Positions 51,876 through 55,487 of a DNA stretch of 55,487 nucleotides are shown here, in pieces; positions within the stretch are counted from its first letter, which is position 1; every line of letters starts with the position of its first letter. The position numbers and the translations under genes were made by a program. The notes below the pieces were generated by a model. It was not told the DNA's origin. It saw only the letters and a list, made by a program, of their open reading frames with translations, and made no database searches. This DNA comes from a virus, in the IMG/VR virus record IMGVR_UViG_3300045988_108176, positions 1-55,487 of that record. One strand, written 5' to 3'.

Positions 51876-54788
51876 ATGAACATATCATATGATTTCAATG
51901 ATATTTATGAAAATGAAAGTCACATAGAGCACTATGGTATGCCTCGTCGTTCAGGGCGTTATCCATGGGGGTCTGGTGATAATCCGTTTCAACACGAAGG
52001 CTGGTATAAGCATCCGGGTGACTTTCTAGACTTTATTAAACAGGCTAGAAAAGAGAAATATGAATATACGGATGAAGACGGAGTGTTATACACAGGTGAT
52101 AATGCTATAGCTAAGGTTCTTCGTATCTCAACGACTGATTTAAGGAGTCAGATTGGTATAGCTAAGGATGAAAAACGTCTTTACGATGTTTATAGAGTTG
52201 AGTCTTTAAGAAAAGATGGTCTTAATGATTCTGAAATTTCAAGAAAGACCGGAATACCGTTGTCGACAGTTAAATCTCTGTTCGACGCTGATTCTAAACG
52301 AAGAATGCTGCAGGCTAAAAATGCTGCTGAATTCATAAAGAATCGAATCGATGATGTCGGTATGGTTGATGTCGGTACTGATGTATGTCGAGAGCTTGGC
52401 ATAAGTCAGGAAAAAATGAACCAAGCATTGACAATACTTAAATCCAAAGGATACAAAATCTACTCTGGACGAGTAGAGCAACCTACTAATAGAAAACAGT
52501 TTACTACGATGAAAGTTGCATGTCCTCCGGGCACAGAACATAGAGAAATATATGAAAATTGGGGAAATGTTAACTCGTTGATTGAATATACTTCGGACGA
52601 CGGTGGACAAACATTTAGAAAAACTCAATATCCTGCTTCTCTTGAGAGAAAGAGAGTTATGATTCGATACGCAGATGACGTTGGGCCTGATGGTTTTAAA
52701 GGTATTCAAAAAGATGGTGTAATCGAAATACGAAGAGGCGTTAAAGACTTATCTCTTGGCAACTCTATGTATTCACAGGTTCGTATTCTTGTAGGTAAAG
52801 ACAAATACCTTAAAGGAATGGCTGTTTATGCTGACGGCAAAGATATGCCTGACGGTGTTGATGTAATATTTAACACCAATAAGTCGTCAAATAAATCATT
52901 TGATGAAGTATTAAAAAGCATAAAAGAGGATGACCCTAACAATCCGTTCGGAGCATTGATTAAAGCTGATGGTCAGTATGAGTATGTCGATTCCAATGGC
53001 AAAAAGAAACTTTCTCCTATTAATAAAACTAGAGAAGAAGGAGATTGGGACGAATGGAAAAAGGCTGTGCCTAGTCAGTTCTTATCCAAACAACCTAAGT
53101 ATTTAGCTAAAAAGCAAATCGATTTGGCTATAGCTGAGAAAAAAGATGAATTGGCCGAGATAATGTCTTACAATGTACCTGAAGTACAACGATATTATCT
53201 AAACAAATTCGCTGAATCCTGTGATAAGCAAGCTGAAACACTTCAAGCGGCATCGTTTCCTGACCAGCACTACAACGTAATCCTTCCTATAAACTCACTT
53301 AGGAACAACGAAATTTATGCGCCTAGGTATGACAACGGAACTAAATTAGCTTTGGTAAGGTATCCTCATGGCGGAACATTTGAAATACCTATACTAACAG
53401 TTAATAACCGTAATAAAGAAGGTGAAAAAGTTATTGGGCCGTCGTCCATTGATGCTGTTGGCATAACATCTGAAGTTGCAGCTCGATTGTCAGGCGCTGA
53501 CTTTGATGGAGATACTGTAATGTGTATTCCGACAAACGACCCTGAAGGAAAGATTAACATCTTATCGACTGCGCCGTTAGCTGGTCTGAAAGGATTCGAC
53601 CCCAAAGATAAATTCCAAGGTAATTTAGTTAAAACAGTCGGAGATACTAAGATTTATGAGCGTAATGGAGTAAAGTTTAAAGGTATGCTTGCCACTCAAA
53701 AGGAAATGGGTGTAGCAACCAATCTAATTAGTGACATGACAATTCTCGGCGCATCTGACGATGAGCTTGAACGTGCTGTCAAATACTCTATGGTAGTTAT
53801 CGATGCTGAAAAACATGGATTGGACTACAAGGCTGCATACTACGAGTATAACATACAAGATTTAAAAGACCGTTATCAGATTAAAGCTAACGGAAAAACA
53901 GGTGGTGCTTCTACTTTGTTAACCAGAGCTAAAAGTGCTGAGTATGTTAATCGTAGAAAAGGTTCTCCTAAAGTTAATGTTAAAGGAAAACCTTGGTATG
54001 ACCCTTCAAGACCTGAAGGTTCTCTCATATGGCAGGAAGACCCGGACCAAATTGCAACATTTAAAAAGTATGACCCTAAAACTGGCGAATTAATCTCAGT
54101 TAAAGAGGTCGAGAAGAAAACAAAAATTTCTAAAATGGCTGCTACAGATGACCCAAGGACTTTAATCTCTACGTCTAACACCGTAATGGAGAATCTGTAC
54201 GCGGACTATGCGTCTACATTAAAGTCGTTGGCCAATCAGGCTCGTCTAAACGACGTATTCTCCGAGAAGGCAAAAAGAGACCCCGTCGCTACATCTAAAT
54301 ACGCGGAAGAGGTACAGTCTCTTAAGAGAAAATTGGATTTAGCACTCCTGAATAGACCCAGAGAGCGTGCCGCTATCCGTCTAGCCACTTCAGAAATCGA
54401 AGGTATACGTACAGCGTATAAAGACAAGCACGGTGGTAACGACATGCCCACGAAAGACCTCAAAAAGCTCTCCCAGAATACTATGGTTAAATATAGGGGT
54501 CTTGTAGGGTCTATAAAACGTAGCGATAGAAATATAAAAATAACAGAACCGGAATGGGAAGCTATTAAAAATAGGGCTATATCGGAAAATGACCTCAAGA
54601 AAATTTTAGACAATTCTGACCCCGATGTACTAAGGGAAAAACTTAGACCTAAGGGCGATGACGGTCTCACCGATGCTCGTAAATCAGCCATCCGAGCCAT
54701 GGCGAATAGCAATTATACCCTAAAGGAAATTGCCAAACGCTTTGGAATATCAACATCCACCGTATCAAATATAATAAAGGGGGGTTAA
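51876..54788 (+). CDS. candidate single-subunit two-barrel RNA polymerase (YonO / RdRP-like) with HTH segments and an HYG...GRYPWGSG N-terminal module
   Basis: LALVRYPHGGTFEIPIL...AARLSGADFDGDTVMCIP (DFDGD at nt 53499-53513) parallels beta-prime NADFDGD and the QDE-1 LSGGDYDGD context. HTH-like segments are LNDSEISRKTGIPLSTVKSLF and YTLKEIAKRFGISTSTVSNII. Confidence 0.5.
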   Translation: MNISYDFNDIYENESHIEHYGMPRRSGRYPWGSGDNPFQHEGWYKHPGDFLDFIKQARKEKYEYTDEDGVLYTGDNAIAKVLRISTTDLRSQIGIAKDEKRLYDVYRVESLRKDGLNDSEISRKTGIPLSTVKSLFDADSKRRMLQAKNAAEFIKNRIDDVGMVDVGTDVCRELGISQEKMNQALTILKSKGYKIYSGRVEQPTNRKQFTTMKVACPPGTEHREIYENWGNVNSLIEYTSDDGGQTFRKTQYPASLERKRVMIRYADDVGPDGFKGIQKDGVIEIRRGVKDLSLGNSMYSQVRILVGKDKYLKGMAVYADGKDMPDGVDVIFNTNKSSNKSFDEVLKSIKEDDPNNPFGALIKADGQYEYVDSNGKKKLSPINKTREEGDWDEWKKAVPSQFLSKQPKYLAKKQIDLAIAEKKDELAEIMSYNVPEVQRYYLNKFAESCDKQAETLQAASFPDQHYNVILPINSLRNNEIYAPRYDNGTKLALVRYPHGGTFEIPILTVNNRNKEGEKVIGPSSIDAVGITSEVAARLSGADFDGDTVMCIPTNDPEGKINILSTAPLAGLKGFDPKDKFQGNLVKTVGDTKIYERNGVKFKGMLATQKEMGVATNLISDMTILGASDDELERAVKYSMVVIDAEKHGLDYKAAYYEYNIQDLKDRYQIKANGKTGGASTLLTRAKSAEYVNRRKGSPKVNVKGKPWYDPSRPEGSLIWQEDPDQIATFKKYDPKTGELISVKEVEKKTKISKMAATDDPRTLISTSNTVMENLYADYASTLKSLANQARLNDVFSEKAKRDPVATSKYAEEVQSLKRKLDLALLNRPRERAAIRLATSEIEGIRTAYKDKHGGNDMPTKDLKKLSQNTMVKYRGLVGSIKRSDRNIKITEPEWEAIKNRAISENDLKKILDNSDPDVLREKLRPKGDDGLTDARKSAIRAMANSNYTLKEIAKRFGISTSTVSNIIKGG

Positions 54789-54791
54789 AAT

Positions 54792-55079
54792 ATGGTATAC
54801 TCTCGGTTATCAACTATCGATAACCCATGGAACCCATTCGATAACTTCGATGAGTGGTTACAATATGATAACCTCCATCACTACAATACATGTGGGTATG
54901 TATCTAGGGTATTAGATATGAATAATGCTAATTTATCTGGTTTACCAGACTTTATAGCAGAAAGGATAAACGAATCAGTCATTGACCAAATAATAAATGC
55001 TGACCCTTTGAACTTTTATGTGAAAGTTCAGAAAGAGTTTCCAAATGTTTTGTTTGATGAAAATGGTTCTTTAGTCTAG
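54792..55079 (+). CDS. hypothetical protein
   Basis: 95-aa ORF, last gene before the large non-coding region. Confidence 0.5.
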   Translation: MVYSRLSTIDNPWNPFDNFDEWLQYDNLHHYNTCGYVSRVLDMNNANLSGLPDFIAERINESVIDQIINADPLNFYVKVQKEFPNVLFDENGSLV

Positions 55080-55432
55080 TATCTTATACCCTATATGTTG
55101 TTAAACGTTTAATGATTAACTAAAACAAATTAGCAAATAGTTTTGTTTCAATAAAACAAAAAGAATTGTTTGTTGTTTGAATTAATTAAAAAGAAAAACG
55201 TTTAAACAATTAAAAAAAATTAAAAAAAATTTAAATGCCAGTTTCTTTGTGACGCTGCATATCGGTATGGGGTAAAATGTTTTATTTAGTATGAAGAAAG
55301 CTTAATCTTATAGGTACACCGCTGTGTTATGCAAACAAAAGTGTTTCGTTGACGAACGTAGGGAGTAGAACGGTTCATATACATTATTTTCTTCTTTAAA
55401 ATACTTTTTTCTTCTACTGAAAAGCAGATTTA

Positions 55433-55487
55433 CCCCACCGCAGCGTCGTTTGTAGCACCCCGGGGGGGGGTCTGAAAAACAACCCCC
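55433..55487. repeat. terminal direct repeat, copy 2 (identical to 1..55)
   Basis: 55/55 nt identical to the window start. Confidence 0.95.

Noticed and set aside
220-55079. All other minus-strand ORFs in the track (for example 460..738, 13715..14206, 19481..20146, 35987..36694, 52239..52709)
   Set aside because: - Each lies entirely inside a longer + strand gene with motif support.
- They lack an SD and have shadow-frame compositions.
- 45478..45753 overlaps two well-supported + strand small genes.

Overview
The window is one complete, circularly closed genome of a tailed dsDNA phage. The first 55 nt are identical to the last 55 nt, so the unique length is 55,432 bp. The sequence is AT-rich and has strong GGAGG Shine-Dalgarno sites, which fits a Bacillota-type host. 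Every credible gene lies on the + strand, and I saw no integrase or repressor.

Gene order:
- A ~680-nt non-coding region spans the junction and contains a GC-rich island.
- Next come a fibre-like gene, a DUF4406-like gene and a GH25 endolysin.
- The packaging block (TerS candidate, HNH, TerL) is interleaved with proteins that share an HHGVKGQRWG module.
- The structural block holds portal, a protease-capsid fusion, head-tail genes, major tail protein, two chaperones, a ~2,520-aa tape measure, Dit/Tal-like proteins and a holin.
- A 3.3-kb array of 12 mini-cassettes follows. Each has a conserved terminator hairpin, a conserved promoter-like core, an SD and a tiny ORF.
- Then come membrane and GW-motif paralogues.
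- The replication and nucleotide block holds an SF3 helicase + AEP primase + PolB fusion, MazG, an SSB-like protein, an SF2 helicase and a class II RNR.
- The last block has an iteron-rich non-coding region, tRNA-Leu(UAA), two nucleases and a 970-aa protein with an ADFDGD double-psi-barrel-like motif plus HTH segments. That protein is a candidate YonO/RdRP-like single-subunit RNA polymerase.

The most interesting signals are the cassette array with its 15-copy non-canonical promoter-like core, the candidate phage RNA polymerase, the shared HHGVKGQRWG module and the tri-domain replicase.

All functional calls come from motif recognition by eye. No database search was run.
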